Assembly (NCBI GenBank): GCA_038231275.1
Contig: JBBRLQ010000010.1
Location: 32,001-96,000, forward strand
Direction: 5' to 3'
Length of the DNA stretch: 64,000 bases
Source of the DNA: Polyangiales bacterium
GTDB taxonomy: Bacteria > Myxococcota_A > Polyangia > Polyangiales > Polyangiaceae
The notes under the pieces are model-generated. The model was given only the letters and a program-made list of their open reading frames with translations, did not search any database and was not told the DNA's origin. Every line of letters begins with the position of its first letter. The stretch's first letter is position 1. This document shows, piece by piece, positions 37,483-46,876 of the stretch. Made by a program: the position numbers and the translations under genes.

Positions 37483-39867
37483 CTACCTCGCGCGACGACG
37501 ACGCCAAAGCCCGACGAGCCCGACGAGCCCGACGGCCACGAGCGCGCCCGACGGATTCGCGGGCGTGCCGACGACGCGGCAACCGCACCCGCTGCTGCTG
37601 CTCCCGCCGTTGGCTCCGTCGCCGGTTCCTGCATCGTTCCCGCCGCCGCCGCCGGGCGCGTTGGCGTCACCGCCTCCTCCTCCGCCACCACCACCACCAC
37701 CGCCGCCGCCGTCCGCGCCGCCGTCACCGAGGGCCCCGACGCACTGGTTTCCCACGCACGTTGCGTCGGCCGCGCACGTGCCGCAGCTCACCGTTCCTCC
37801 GCAGCCGTTCGTGATCGTTCCGCACGTCTGTCCAGCCCCGCACTTGGTGACCGGCACGCACCCGCCGACCGTGAGCTGCGCCGACGTCGCGTGCACCGCG
37901 GACGGCGCTTTGCCGATGACGAGGAACGTCGCAGGCGCCGCCGTCACCGGCGCCGCCGCCGACGCGGTGAGCGTGAGGACGGACGTGGCCCCGGCGGTCA
38001 CGCTCGTCGGCACGAACGCCGCGGTGACTCCGCTCGGGAGATCTTGCACGTTGAGCGCGATCGACTCCGCGGCGCCGGCGGCCGCCGTCGTCGTCACCGT
38101 GTACGTGACCTGCGCGCCGAGGCCGACCGACTGTGCAGGCGGCGCGAGGGCGAGCGAGAACTCGCTCGCGCCGCAGCTCGGGAATTTCACGGTCGCGACC
38201 TGCGTGTCCCACGTCGACGTCCCGGAGGTCGCGTAGAGCTCCGTCGTGTACCAGAAGGTGCAGTCGTCGACGGGGTCGACGGTCATGTTGCTGTAGTCGC
38301 CCCAGCGGCTCGCGCCGTTCTCGCCGGCGGTCCCGGTGTCGAACGTCGTCTCGCCTTGCCCCATCGTCCCCGCCGGATCGCCGACGAGCCGTCCTGTCCA
38401 CGCGATCGACGGCTTGAGCGTCGTGCTCGCGATCGAGAAGCCGAGCGCGAGGTTCTGCGCCTGATCCTGCGCGATGCTCCCCATCCATCGCCACTTGGCG
38501 TCGGCGGGCGCGTACGTCCCCGATTGAAAGAGCGCCGGCGTCCCGTTGGGCGAGCGGATCTCGTACCAGCGAACGCCGCCGGTGGTCCCCGCGACGACAG
38601 AGTGGTTCACGACGAGCGAGTCGTGCGTCCCGAAGTTGCGGTACGCGAGGCGGAACATGAGGCGGTCGCCGAGCGAGTCGAGGTTCGCTCCGCCGCCTTG
38701 TGGAATGCAGGTCCCCGTGGCCTCGCACGTCTGCGTGTACGCGGTGATCGGCACCGCCGTCGGCCCCGTCAGCGTGCTGTTCGCCGGCGTCAGGAAGTCG
38801 GCGTGCAGCTTCCACATCTGGAGCGCGGGGATGAAGTTGCCCTGCGCGTCCTCGCCGAGCTGCATGAAGATTCCGGGCGACGCGGCGGGCGGCGGGATCT
38901 TCCCGTCCAAGCTCGCCGGCAGCGCGCTGTAGACCGTGGAGCCTTGCGGGAAGCACTGCTGCGTCGCGGGCGCGCCCTTCAGCATCGCGACGCGATCGTA
39001 CGCGCACAGCTCGGCGCCGACGTACTGCGCGTCGAACCCGTTGAACGCCGCGTAGTACGCGTCGGGCCACACGCCGAACTTTCCGTAGTCGTTGACGTCG
39101 AACGGGTACTTGTAGTCGTAGAGCCAGTACGCGCCGGTCGGATCGGCGGTCTTCGACACGGCGACGCACTGGAACGACGGCGCCTTCGCGTTGGGGAGCG
39201 AGAACTGCGTGATGAACCACCGGTCGGCGAGCGGATCGTAGACGACCACGGGATCGCCGTCGTTCTGCACCGCGCAGGAGTTGCCCGCGTTGGTGCCCGC
39301 GTAGCCGGTCCACAGCTCGTTCAAGAGCCTCGACGCCCCCGCGAGGGTGCCGTTCTTGTTCCAGACGGCGACGCCGCCGTTGACGGTCTGGACATAGTGA
39401 TTCGGTCCGACCGCGCCGTTGGTGTCGGGAGGCGTGCCGGTGACGGTGGCCTTCGACGTCGCGTTGCCCTGGCCCTTGAAGCTCAGGATCGCGTTCGGCA
39501 TGTTCGTGATGGGCAGGCTCGACTGGAGCAGCGGATCGGGCGTCGCGCTCGCGGGTCGCGTCGTGCGCGGCTTGTAGCGGACCTCGTGCTCGACCTCGGG
39601 GGCGGCGCCGGTCGAAGGCGGCAGCGAACGGAGGGGGAGCGAGCTCTCCGCGTGCGCGACCTCGACGCGCGGCGCACGCTGTACGATCGCGCGCGACGAG
39701 TCCGACGTGAGGGACGCGCTGGCGCTCGAGACGCTGACGCCCGAGCCCGCGTCGCCGCTGCCGTAGTCGGTGCTCGGTGGTCCGCTCGAACACGCGGCGA
39801 GCGCAGCTGCGAGCACGAAGAGGAGGGGCCGCGCGAGCAGGCCATCGGAGCGTTCGGGGCGGCGCAT
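37483..39867 (-). CDS. large surface protein with MYXO-CTERM sorting signal
   Basis: Lipobox LAAC; PPDTNGAVGPNHYVQTVN..RWGDYSNMTVDPVDDCTFW domain; Ig-like and Cys-rich segments; C-terminal SSGCGC + TM + RRRR. Confidence 0.8.
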   Translation of the reverse strand: MRRPERSDGLLARPLLFVLAAALAACSSGPPSTDYGSGDAGSGVSVSSASASLTSDSSRAIVQRAPRVEVAHAESSLPLRSLPPSTGAAPEVEHEVRYKPRTTRPASATPDPLLQSSLPITNMPNAILSFKGQGNATSKATVTGTPPDTNGAVGPNHYVQTVNGGVAVWNKNGTLAGASRLLNELWTGYAGTNAGNSCAVQNDGDPVVVYDPLADRWFITQFSLPNAKAPSFQCVAVSKTADPTGAYWLYDYKYPFDVNDYGKFGVWPDAYYAAFNGFDAQYVGAELCAYDRVAMLKGAPATQQCFPQGSTVYSALPASLDGKIPPPAASPGIFMQLGEDAQGNFIPALQMWKLHADFLTPANSTLTGPTAVPITAYTQTCEATGTCIPQGGGANLDSLGDRLMFRLAYRNFGTHDSLVVNHSVVAGTTGGVRWYEIRSPNGTPALFQSGTYAPADAKWRWMGSIAQDQAQNLALGFSIASTTLKPSIAWTGRLVGDPAGTMGQGETTFDTGTAGENGASRWGDYSNMTVDPVDDCTFWYTTELYATSGTSTWDTQVATVKFPSCGASEFSLALAPPAQSVGLGAQVTYTVTTTAAAGAAESIALNVQDLPSGVTAAFVPTSVTAGATSVLTLTASAAAPVTAAPATFLVIGKAPSAVHATSAQLTVGGCVPVTKCGAGQTCGTITNGCGGTVSCGTCAADATCVGNQCVGALGDGGADGGGGGGGGGGGGGGDANAPGGGGGNDAGTGDGANGGSSSSGCGCRVVGTPANPSGALVAVGLVGLVGLWRRRRAR

Positions 39868-39949
39868 GCGGTCACGGTAGCCGACGAGGCCCGCAGGCGC
39901 CCGCCACTTCTCCGCGAGCGCAGACGAATGCGGTTGTATCGTCGACGGC

Positions 39950-40537
39950 GTGTCCGCTCCGCGTGTCGGCGAGAAAATTTCCAGCGACGTTGCGCGCGCG
40001 CGCGTGCTCGATCGCGCCGGCGTGGAGCACGCGCTCGGTGACGAGTGGAAGAGCGGACCGTGCCTGCTCGTCTTCTTGCGTCACTTCGGATGCGTCGGCT
40101 GCAGCGAGCACGTGACGGCGCTCTCCCCGCGCCTCCTGGAGCTCGCGGCTCTCGACGTTCGCGCGGTATTCATCGGCAACGGCGCGCCGTCCATGATCGA
40201 TGGCTTCGTCGAGCGGCAAGCCCTGGCCGACAAGAAAGTCACGCTGCTGACGGATCCGTCTCTCACGGCGTACCGTGCCGCAGGCTTCGCGCGATCGAAG
40301 TGGTCCACGCTCGGCCCGCGCGCGCTCGTCGACTCCGCGCGCGCGCTCCTCGCTGGCCACCCGCACCTCAGCGTCCAAGGCGACGCGTTCCAGCAGGGCG
40401 GTACGTTGCTGGTCGATCGCGACGGCGTCGTTTGTTTCTTCCATCAAGCCACGAGCCTCGGCGACCACCCGAGCCCGTCGGATGTCGTCGACTCTGCGAT
40501 GCGCGTCCGCGCGCGCGAGAGCCAATACATCGTCTAG
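39950..40537 (+). CDS. peroxiredoxin-like AhpC/TSA (PRXL2-type) protein
   Basis: VFLRHFGCVGC, LLTDPS..YRAAG and QQGGTLLV motifs. Confidence 0.85.
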   Translation: MSAPRVGEKISSDVARARVLDRAGVEHALGDEWKSGPCLLVFLRHFGCVGCSEHVTALSPRLLELAALDVRAVFIGNGAPSMIDGFVERQALADKKVTLLTDPSLTAYRAAGFARSKWSTLGPRALVDSARALLAGHPHLSVQGDAFQQGGTLLVDRDGVVCFFHQATSLGDHPSPSDVVDSAMRVRARESQYIV

Positions 40538-40548
40538 AGGAGAACTCC

Positions 40549-41181
40549 ATGTCGGTCTGGCTGCACGTCGCCAACGCGCTCTACCTCCTCTCCTACTCGG
40601 TGAAGGACATCCTCTGGCTCCGCCTCCTCACGGTCGTTGCCGGCGGGATCCTCCTCGGGCAGCTCCTCGCGGCGTCGGAGCCGAGCCAGGCCGCGATCGC
40701 GTGGAACGTGCTCTTCACGATCATCAACGTCTACCGCATCGTGCTCCTCGTCCTCGAGCGGCGGCCGGTGCGCTTCAAGGAGGACGAGCAGCGCCTCTAC
40801 CAGCTCGTCTTCCGCTCGCTCACGCCGCGCGAGTTCGTGAAGCTCGTCGCGATCGGCGCATGGGAAGAGACACCCGCCGCGCTCCGGATCGTCACGAGGG
40901 GAGAGGACCTCGACCGCATCCGCGTCGTCTACTCGGGCCGCACCGAAGTGCAGATCGACGGGCGCACGATCACGTCGCTCGGCGAAGGAAAGTTCATCGG
41001 CGAGATGAGCTTCGTCACCGGCGACAAGCCGACCGCCGACGTCGTCGCCGTCGAGCCCACGCGCGTCCTCGCGTGGCAAAAGGACAGGTTGAAGACGTTC
41101 CTCGCCGACAACCCGGACCTTCGCGCGGCGCTCCAGCTCGTCATCGGGACGGATCTCGTGGGGAAGCTCCGCGCGGGCTGA
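40549..41181 (+). CDS. Popeye-like membrane protein with cyclic-nucleotide-binding domain
   Basis: GAGGAG SD; three N-terminal TM helices (ANALYLLSYSVKDILWLRLL..WNVLFTIIN); LYQLVFRSLTPREF; GKFIGEMSF..TADV. Confidence 0.8.
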   Translation: MSVWLHVANALYLLSYSVKDILWLRLLTVVAGGILLGQLLAASEPSQAAIAWNVLFTIINVYRIVLLVLERRPVRFKEDEQRLYQLVFRSLTPREFVKLVAIGAWEETPAALRIVTRGEDLDRIRVVYSGRTEVQIDGRTITSLGEGKFIGEMSFVTGDKPTADVVAVEPTRVLAWQKDRLKTFLADNPDLRAALQLVIGTDLVGKLRAG

Positions 41182-41252
41182 AGCGTGGAGGAGCCCGCCT
41201 CGCAAGCCACTTGCGAACCCTCCGCCGCGTGCGCACCATCAGACTGGGTGTC

Positions 41253-41522
41253 ATGTCCACGCGCGTTCGGATGTACTCGACGACGTACTGCGGTTATTGC
41301 TTCCTCGCCAAGCGTCTCCTCCGCGCGCGCGGCATCCCGTTCGAAGAGATCGACGTGACCCGCGATCGCGAGGCGCGCGCGCGGGTGGTCGCCGAGACGG
41401 GGCATCGCACGGTGCCGGTCATCTTCATCGACGATCGGTTCATCGGCGGCTCGGACGAGCTCCACGACCTCGATCGCGCCGGCGAGCTGGAAGTCTTGAG
41501 AGCAGGGACGCCCCCAGCATAA
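41253..41522 (+). CDS. grxC: glutaredoxin 3
   Basis: YCGYC, TVPVIFI and IGGSDEL motifs. Confidence 0.88.
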   Translation: MSTRVRMYSTTYCGYCFLAKRLLRARGIPFEEIDVTRDREARARVVAETGHRTVPVIFIDDRFIGGSDELHDLDRAGELEVLRAGTPPA

Positions 41523-41626
41523 AGGCAGCCTCGCGGCGCAAAACCCGCGCCGTACGTGGTCTCTCGTCCTACCCCGTTCCGTGCCGTCCTTGAGGCTCCC
41601 TTGCGCGGGGGGTATCGTGAAGGACG

Positions 41627-43009
41627 ATGGCGGGCCAGCCGCGACCTGGCGAGGAATTCCTCGGCAAGTACCGCATCCTTCGAGTCGTCGGCGAGGGAGG
41701 GATGGGGTCGGTGTATGCGGCGCACCACCTCTTGCTCGACAAGAGCATCGCCATCAAGGTCCTCTCGCGCGAGGTTTCGAAGAATCCCGATCACGTCACG
41801 CGCTTCTTGAACGAGGCGCGACTCGCCGCGCGGATCAAGAGCCCGCACGTGTGCTCGGTGATGGACGTCGGGCAGCTCGACGACGGTCGACCGTTCCTCG
41901 TGATGGAGCTGCTCGAAGGTGGCGATCTCGCCGCGGCGCTGCGTGCGCGCGGGCCGCTCCCGATCTGGGACATCGTCGACATCGCGCTCGGCGTCCTCGA
42001 GGGGCTCGTCCACGCGCACGTGCGCGGCATCGTGCACCGCGATTTGAAGCCGTCAAACCTCTTCCTCGCGATCGAGCCGGAGGGGGGGCCGGTGGTGGTG
42101 AAGGTGCTCGACTTCGGGATCTCGAAGTTCGAGAACATGAACGAAGAGATCCCCGCGAGCTCGCAGCCGGGCGCGGAGCCAGTGATCCTCGGCTCGCCGG
42201 CGTACATGTCGCCCGAGCAAGCGCGTGACGCGCGGAGCGTCGACGTGCGCGCGGACATCTGGTCGCTCGGCGTCATCTTGTACGAGCTCGCGACAGGCGT
42301 ATGCCCGTTCGACTCGCCGACGCCGCAGGAGACGTTCGAGAAAATTCGCGGTCACGCCGCCGCCGTGCCAGCGGGCAAGCTCCGCGAGATGCCGGCGGTG
42401 TTGGAGGCCGCGATCGCGCGGTGCATGCGCAGGAACCCCGACGAGCGCTTCCCCAACGTGCTCGAGCTCGCGCAGGCGATCGCGCCGATTCGTCCGGGCG
42501 CCGACGCGGCCGTCGCTCGCATCGCCGCGGTGATGGCGCGCCCGAAGTCGTCGCTCGCCGACTCGTCGACCGGAATCCCCGCGCTCGAGACGGGGCGTCA
42601 CCCGACGAATGTCGCGTGGACCGATGGGGCACCACACCGCGCGAGCCGCCGCGCGATGGGCCTCGGCGCCGCGTTGGGGGTCGCGATCCTCGTCACGCTC
42701 GGCCTCGTGTTCGTGCTCCACAAGAAGGCGACCTCGCGCGCCGTCGCCACCGCGTCCGCGCGGACGACCGCCGAGACGACACTCCCGCCTGCGCCCGCGG
42801 CTCTGCCCGTCGCCGTGGCCGCGCCCGATCCGATGGCGCCGATGCCTTCCGCCGATCCCGCGGATCCGGATCCGTCGTCGATCGCCGCCGCATCGCCGTC
42901 CGCGTCGTCGGGGCAAGGCGCACGCACGGTGTCGAGGCCGCCTGGTCCCGGTCCCGCTCATGCGCCCGGCAAGCCGTCCAAGCAGGACCTGCTCAAGGAC
43001 CGCCGTTGA
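41627..43009 (+). CDS. membrane Ser/Thr protein kinase
   Basis: GEGGMG, HRDLKPSN, DFGISK and YMSPEQ motifs, then a TM helix and Pro-rich tail. Confidence 0.95.
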   Translation: MAGQPRPGEEFLGKYRILRVVGEGGMGSVYAAHHLLLDKSIAIKVLSREVSKNPDHVTRFLNEARLAARIKSPHVCSVMDVGQLDDGRPFLVMELLEGGDLAAALRARGPLPIWDIVDIALGVLEGLVHAHVRGIVHRDLKPSNLFLAIEPEGGPVVVKVLDFGISKFENMNEEIPASSQPGAEPVILGSPAYMSPEQARDARSVDVRADIWSLGVILYELATGVCPFDSPTPQETFEKIRGHAAAVPAGKLREMPAVLEAAIARCMRRNPDERFPNVLELAQAIAPIRPGADAAVARIAAVMARPKSSLADSSTGIPALETGRHPTNVAWTDGAPHRASRRAMGLGAALGVAILVTLGLVFVLHKKATSRAVATASARTTAETTLPPAPAALPVAVAAPDPMAPMPSADPADPDPSSIAAASPSASSGQGARTVSRPPGPGPAHAPGKPSKQDLLKDRR

Positions 43010-43947
43010 CACGCCTCGCGCGCGCGTTGGGCCTCGCCGTCACCCTCGTCACGACCTCCGCCGTCGCGGTCGCGGCGGAGCCCGAGGACATGAAGCGCGC
43101 CGACGTCCTTTTTCGCGAGGGGCAGCGCCTCCTCAAGGCAGGGCAGGTCCCCGAGGCGTGCGAATCGTTCGCGCAGAGCCTCAAGATCGATCCCGCCGTC
43201 GGCACGCTCTTGAACCTCGCCGAGTGCCATGCGCAGGCGCGGCGGTTCGCGTCGGCCCACGCCGAGTTTCTCGAGGCCGCGCGTCTGGCGCGTGAGAGCG
43301 GGCAACACGAGCGCGAGACGTTCGCGAAGGAGCAGGCCGCGCAGAGCGAGGCGGTGCTGTCCTTCGTGGAGGTGCGCCTCCCGACCGGCGTCGATGCCGT
43401 CACCCTCGACGAGAAGCCGATCCCGAAGGCGACACTCGCGCGACCGATCGCCCTCGACTCCGGCGCGCACGTCCTCGTCGCGTCCGGCGCGGGCAAGCTC
43501 GCGCGGACCGTGCGGCTCGACGTGAAGAACGGCCCGAGCACCCAGACCGTCGACGTCGCGCCGCTCGATCCCGTCGCCGCGGCGCACGTCGAGCCGCCGC
43601 CGCACCACGACGATCCCGCGCGCCCCCGCCGCATCGCCGGGCTCGCCACGGCGGGGGTCGGCGTGATCGCGCTCGGCCTCGGCGCCTTCTTCGGCCTGCG
43701 CGCGGCCGGCAAAAAGAGCGATGCCGAGCCGCACTGCAACGGCCACTTCTGCGACGACGAGGGGCTGTCGCTGCAAGACGACGCGCACTCTGCCGCGACG
43801 ATCTCCACGGTGGCGTTCGTGGTCGGCGTGCTCGCGGTCGGCGCCGGCTCGTATCTTTACCTCTCCGTTCCGCGCCCCGCGAAGGGCATCGCGCGCGCTC
43901 GCGTGGTTCCCACCGTGACCGGCCTGCGCGTCGAGGCGGCGTGGTAA
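43006..43947 (+). CDS. TPR/PEGA-like exported protein
   Basis: TTG start overlaps the kinase stop; ADVLFREG..EACESFAQS..GTLLNLAEC TPR, a PEGA-like segment and C-terminal hydrophobic helices. Confidence 0.75.
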   Translation: MTRLARALGLAVTLVTTSAVAVAAEPEDMKRADVLFREGQRLLKAGQVPEACESFAQSLKIDPAVGTLLNLAECHAQARRFASAHAEFLEAARLARESGQHERETFAKEQAAQSEAVLSFVEVRLPTGVDAVTLDEKPIPKATLARPIALDSGAHVLVASGAGKLARTVRLDVKNGPSTQTVDVAPLDPVAAAHVEPPPHHDDPARPRRIAGLATAGVGVIALGLGAFFGLRAAGKKSDAEPHCNGHFCDDEGLSLQDDAHSAATISTVAFVVGVLAVGAGSYLYLSVPRPAKGIARARVVPTVTGLRVEAAW

Positions 43948-43949
43948 AC

Positions 43950-45407
43950 ATGTATATTGCACGGATCGCCGCGGTGCTCGCCGCGTCAGCGATTCTGTGC
44001 GCGTGCGCGGTGGTCCTCGGCCTCGACGATCACGAGCGCTACCCGGTCACCGACGCGGCCTCCGACGTCGGGCCCCTCGACGCGTCGCCGTGCGGCGATA
44101 CGCAGACCGATCCCCTCAACTGTGGGCAGTGCGGCGTCGCGTGCTCCGCGGGCTACGCGTGCATCGCCGGAAAATGCGGCAACGAGGTCGTCGGCGTGTC
44201 GGCCGGCTCGAACGGCTGCGCGCTTCTTCGCGGCGGTGAGGTTTGGTGCTGGGGTCCCAACACCGCCGGACAGCTCGGCGTCCGCGCCGACACCTGCACC
44301 GCATGCCCCAAGCCCGCGAAGGTCGACGGCGTGACCGACGCCGTGGAGCTCTCCACCAGCGCGAACGCGTCGTGTGTCCGCGACAAGGCCGGCGCCGTCT
44401 CGTGCTGGGGCATCAACAACCTCGGCCAGCTCGGGCATCCCGCCACCGATCCCAACTGCGCGTACGGCGGCCCGTGCAACGGCAAGCCTCAAGTCGTGAC
44501 GATGCCGGCGGCCGCGCAGATCTCGGTCGGCGAAGGCTATGCGTGCGCGCGCCTCACGGACGGTTCGCTCCGATGCTGGGGCGACAACGCGTTCGGCGAG
44601 CTCGGCCAGGGCGCACCCTCCGATGGCCCGCACCCCGTGCCCGCGAAGGTGGCGATCACTTCCGACGTCGTCGACGTCGCGGCCGGTCGTGCCTATGCGT
44701 CGACGTGCGCCACGAAGAAGGACGGCACCATCTGGTGCTGGGGCCAGAACGTCCGCGGCATCCTCGGACACACCGGGGGCGGCGACATCTCGTGCCCAAT
44801 CGCCGCTCCTTCCTCTCCGTGCAACGCGACGCCGTCCCCCGTGGCGAATTTTTCGACGTTCACGTCGTCGCAAGTCTCGCGCGTCACGTGCGCGAAGCTC
44901 ACCAGCTTGGATTTTTACTGCTGGGGGTACAACGGCTATGGGCAGCTCGGCCTGGGCATCATCGACGCCGTCGACCACGCGGTGCCTGCGCTCGTCACGA
45001 CGCTGAAGGCGACCATGATCTCGACCGGATCGAACCACACGTGCGCGCTCGACGCCGACGGCGTCGCGTGGTGTTGGGGCTACAATTTCTGGGGCCAGGT
45101 CGGCGACGGCACGATCCGCAGCACCACGGCGTGCGAGGGGGGGCCCCAGTACTGCGTGTCGCACGCGGTGCGCGTCGTCAACGTGCCGAAGCTCGCGAGC
45201 GTCGCGGCGGGATCGGAGCTCACCGTCGGCCTCGGCGTCGACGGCACCGTGTGGGCCTGGGGCGCGAACCCCGACGGACGCACCGGTCACCCGGCCGGCA
45301 AGAGCGACGGAGGCCCGAGCGACGACAACTGCACCCTCGTCATCGGCGACGCCAGCGCGGGCGGCCCCTGCACCGCGCACCCCGCCAAGGTGACCGGGCT
45401 CCCGTAG
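43950..45407 (+). CDS. RCC1-repeat lipoprotein
   Basis: Multiple CWGxNxxGQLG repeats; DPLNCGQCGVAC motif; lipobox-like LCAC. Confidence 0.9.
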   Translation: MYIARIAAVLAASAILCACAVVLGLDDHERYPVTDAASDVGPLDASPCGDTQTDPLNCGQCGVACSAGYACIAGKCGNEVVGVSAGSNGCALLRGGEVWCWGPNTAGQLGVRADTCTACPKPAKVDGVTDAVELSTSANASCVRDKAGAVSCWGINNLGQLGHPATDPNCAYGGPCNGKPQVVTMPAAAQISVGEGYACARLTDGSLRCWGDNAFGELGQGAPSDGPHPVPAKVAITSDVVDVAAGRAYASTCATKKDGTIWCWGQNVRGILGHTGGGDISCPIAAPSSPCNATPSPVANFSTFTSSQVSRVTCAKLTSLDFYCWGYNGYGQLGLGIIDAVDHAVPALVTTLKATMISTGSNHTCALDADGVAWCWGYNFWGQVGDGTIRSTTACEGGPQYCVSHAVRVVNVPKLASVAAGSELTVGLGVDGTVWAWGANPDGRTGHPAGKSDGGPSDDNCTLVIGDASAGGPCTAHPAKVTGLP

Positions 45408-45447
45408 CGTCGTCACGGGCGGCCGACATGGACTATGCTCCGCGGCC

Positions 45448-46266
45448 ATGTCGCTCCGTGGAAAGACGCTCTTCATCACCGGCGCGAGCCGGGGCATCGG
45501 TCTCGCCATCGGCCTGCGCGCCGCGAAGGACGGCGCCAACGTCGTCATCGCCGCCAAGACGGCCGAGCCCAACCCCAAGCTGCCCGGCACCATCTACTCC
45601 GCCGCGAAGGAGATCGAAGCGGCCGGCGGCAAGGCCCTCCCGCTCGTCGTGGACGTCCGCTTCGAGGAGCAGGTGCAAGACGCCGTGAAGAAGGCCGTGG
45701 AGGCGTTCGGCGGGATCGACATCCTCGTCAACAACGCGAGCGCGATCTCGCTGACCAACACGCCCGGCACGCCGATGAAACGCTACGATTTGATGCACCA
45801 GATCAACACGCGCGGCACCTTCATGTGCTCGCAGGCGTGCGTCCCGCACCTCCTGAAGGCGAAGAACCCGCACGTCTTGAACCTCTCTCCGCCGCTCAAC
45901 ATGGACACCAAGTGGTTTGCCCCGCACGTCGCCTACACGATGGCGAAATTCGGGATGAGCATGTGCGTCCTCGGAATGGCCGGCGAGTTCGCGTCCGACG
46001 GGATCGCCTTCAACGCTCTGTGGCCGCGCACCGTCATCGCGACGGCGGCAGTGCAGAACCTCCTCGGCGGCGACGAAGTGATGCGCGGCTCCCGCAAGCC
46101 CGAAATCATGGCCGACGCCGCGTACGCGATCTTCCAGCGCCCCTCGCGGGAGTGCACGGGCAACTTCTTCATCGACGACGAGGTGCTCGCCTCGATCGGC
46201 AAGACCAACCTCACCGAGTACGCGGTCGACCCGTCCGCGACGTTGTACCCGGACTTCTTCGTCTGA
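45448..46266 (+). CDS. SDR oxidoreductase (HSDL2-like)
   Basis: ITGASRGIG, AAKTAEPNPKLPGTI, NNASAI, YTMAK and NALWPRT motifs. Confidence 0.92.
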   Translation: MSLRGKTLFITGASRGIGLAIGLRAAKDGANVVIAAKTAEPNPKLPGTIYSAAKEIEAAGGKALPLVVDVRFEEQVQDAVKKAVEAFGGIDILVNNASAISLTNTPGTPMKRYDLMHQINTRGTFMCSQACVPHLLKAKNPHVLNLSPPLNMDTKWFAPHVAYTMAKFGMSMCVLGMAGEFASDGIAFNALWPRTVIATAAVQNLLGGDEVMRGSRKPEIMADAAYAIFQRPSRECTGNFFIDDEVLASIGKTNLTEYAVDPSATLYPDFFV

Positions 46267-46273
46267 GCGGCGG

Positions 46274-46675
46274 CTACGCGGAGCGCGCTTCTTCGCAGAG
46301 CTCGCGAACGCTGGCGGTCATCGCGCGGATCTCGGCGCGCCCGAACGGCGCCTCGAGCGCGCGATGCTCGGCGAGGAACTCGTCGCTGAGGCCGCCCGTT
46401 CCCGTCAAGAAGACGACGCGGTCGGCCTGCTCGGGATCGATCCGCGCGACGCGGAGGTAGAGGCCAGTCATCTGGTCCATCATCAGACCACAAAAGACCA
46501 CGTCGAACCGCTCGCCGCGCTCGATCCGCGCGATCGCGTCGCTCGCCCGGAGGTCGGCGGCCACGCGGCAGTCGAGGAGGGCAGTCCACACCGCATCGAG
46601 GGTCACTCGATTCTCGTCGACGACGAGGACGCGGGCACCGGACACGACCAAGGAGCGGGAGTGGGAGGCGGGCAC
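46274..46675 (-). CDS. single-domain atypical response-regulator receiver
   Basis: ARVLVVDE, ERFDVVFCGLMM, RVVFLTG and LEAPF; receiver fold lacking the phospho-Asp and the conserved Lys. Confidence 0.7.
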   Translation of the reverse strand: MPASHSRSLVVSGARVLVVDENRVTLDAVWTALLDCRVAADLRASDAIARIERGERFDVVFCGLMMDQMTGLYLRVARIDPEQADRVVFLTGTGGLSDEFLAEHRALEAPFGRAEIRAMTASVRELCEEARSA

Positions 46676-46876
46676 GTCCTCAAGCGATGCAGGGAGCGTG
46701 CGCGGACACCGCGCCTCCCTTTCCCGGGGATCCTTGGCGTTCGCCGTCGCGAGCGGTCACCCGAGAAGACGGTCGGCGGCAACTGGCGTGACCGGGCTCC
46801 CCGAAATCGTGGGAAGCTCCGCCGTGGGAGCGCGTATACACGCTTCGCGCAATCACGCGCATGTCGGGAGGCCTCC

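Noticed and set aside
39950..40537. Selenoprotein (PRXL2/SelU-like families can carry Sec)
   Set aside because: The motif is plain CVGC with no in-frame TGA.
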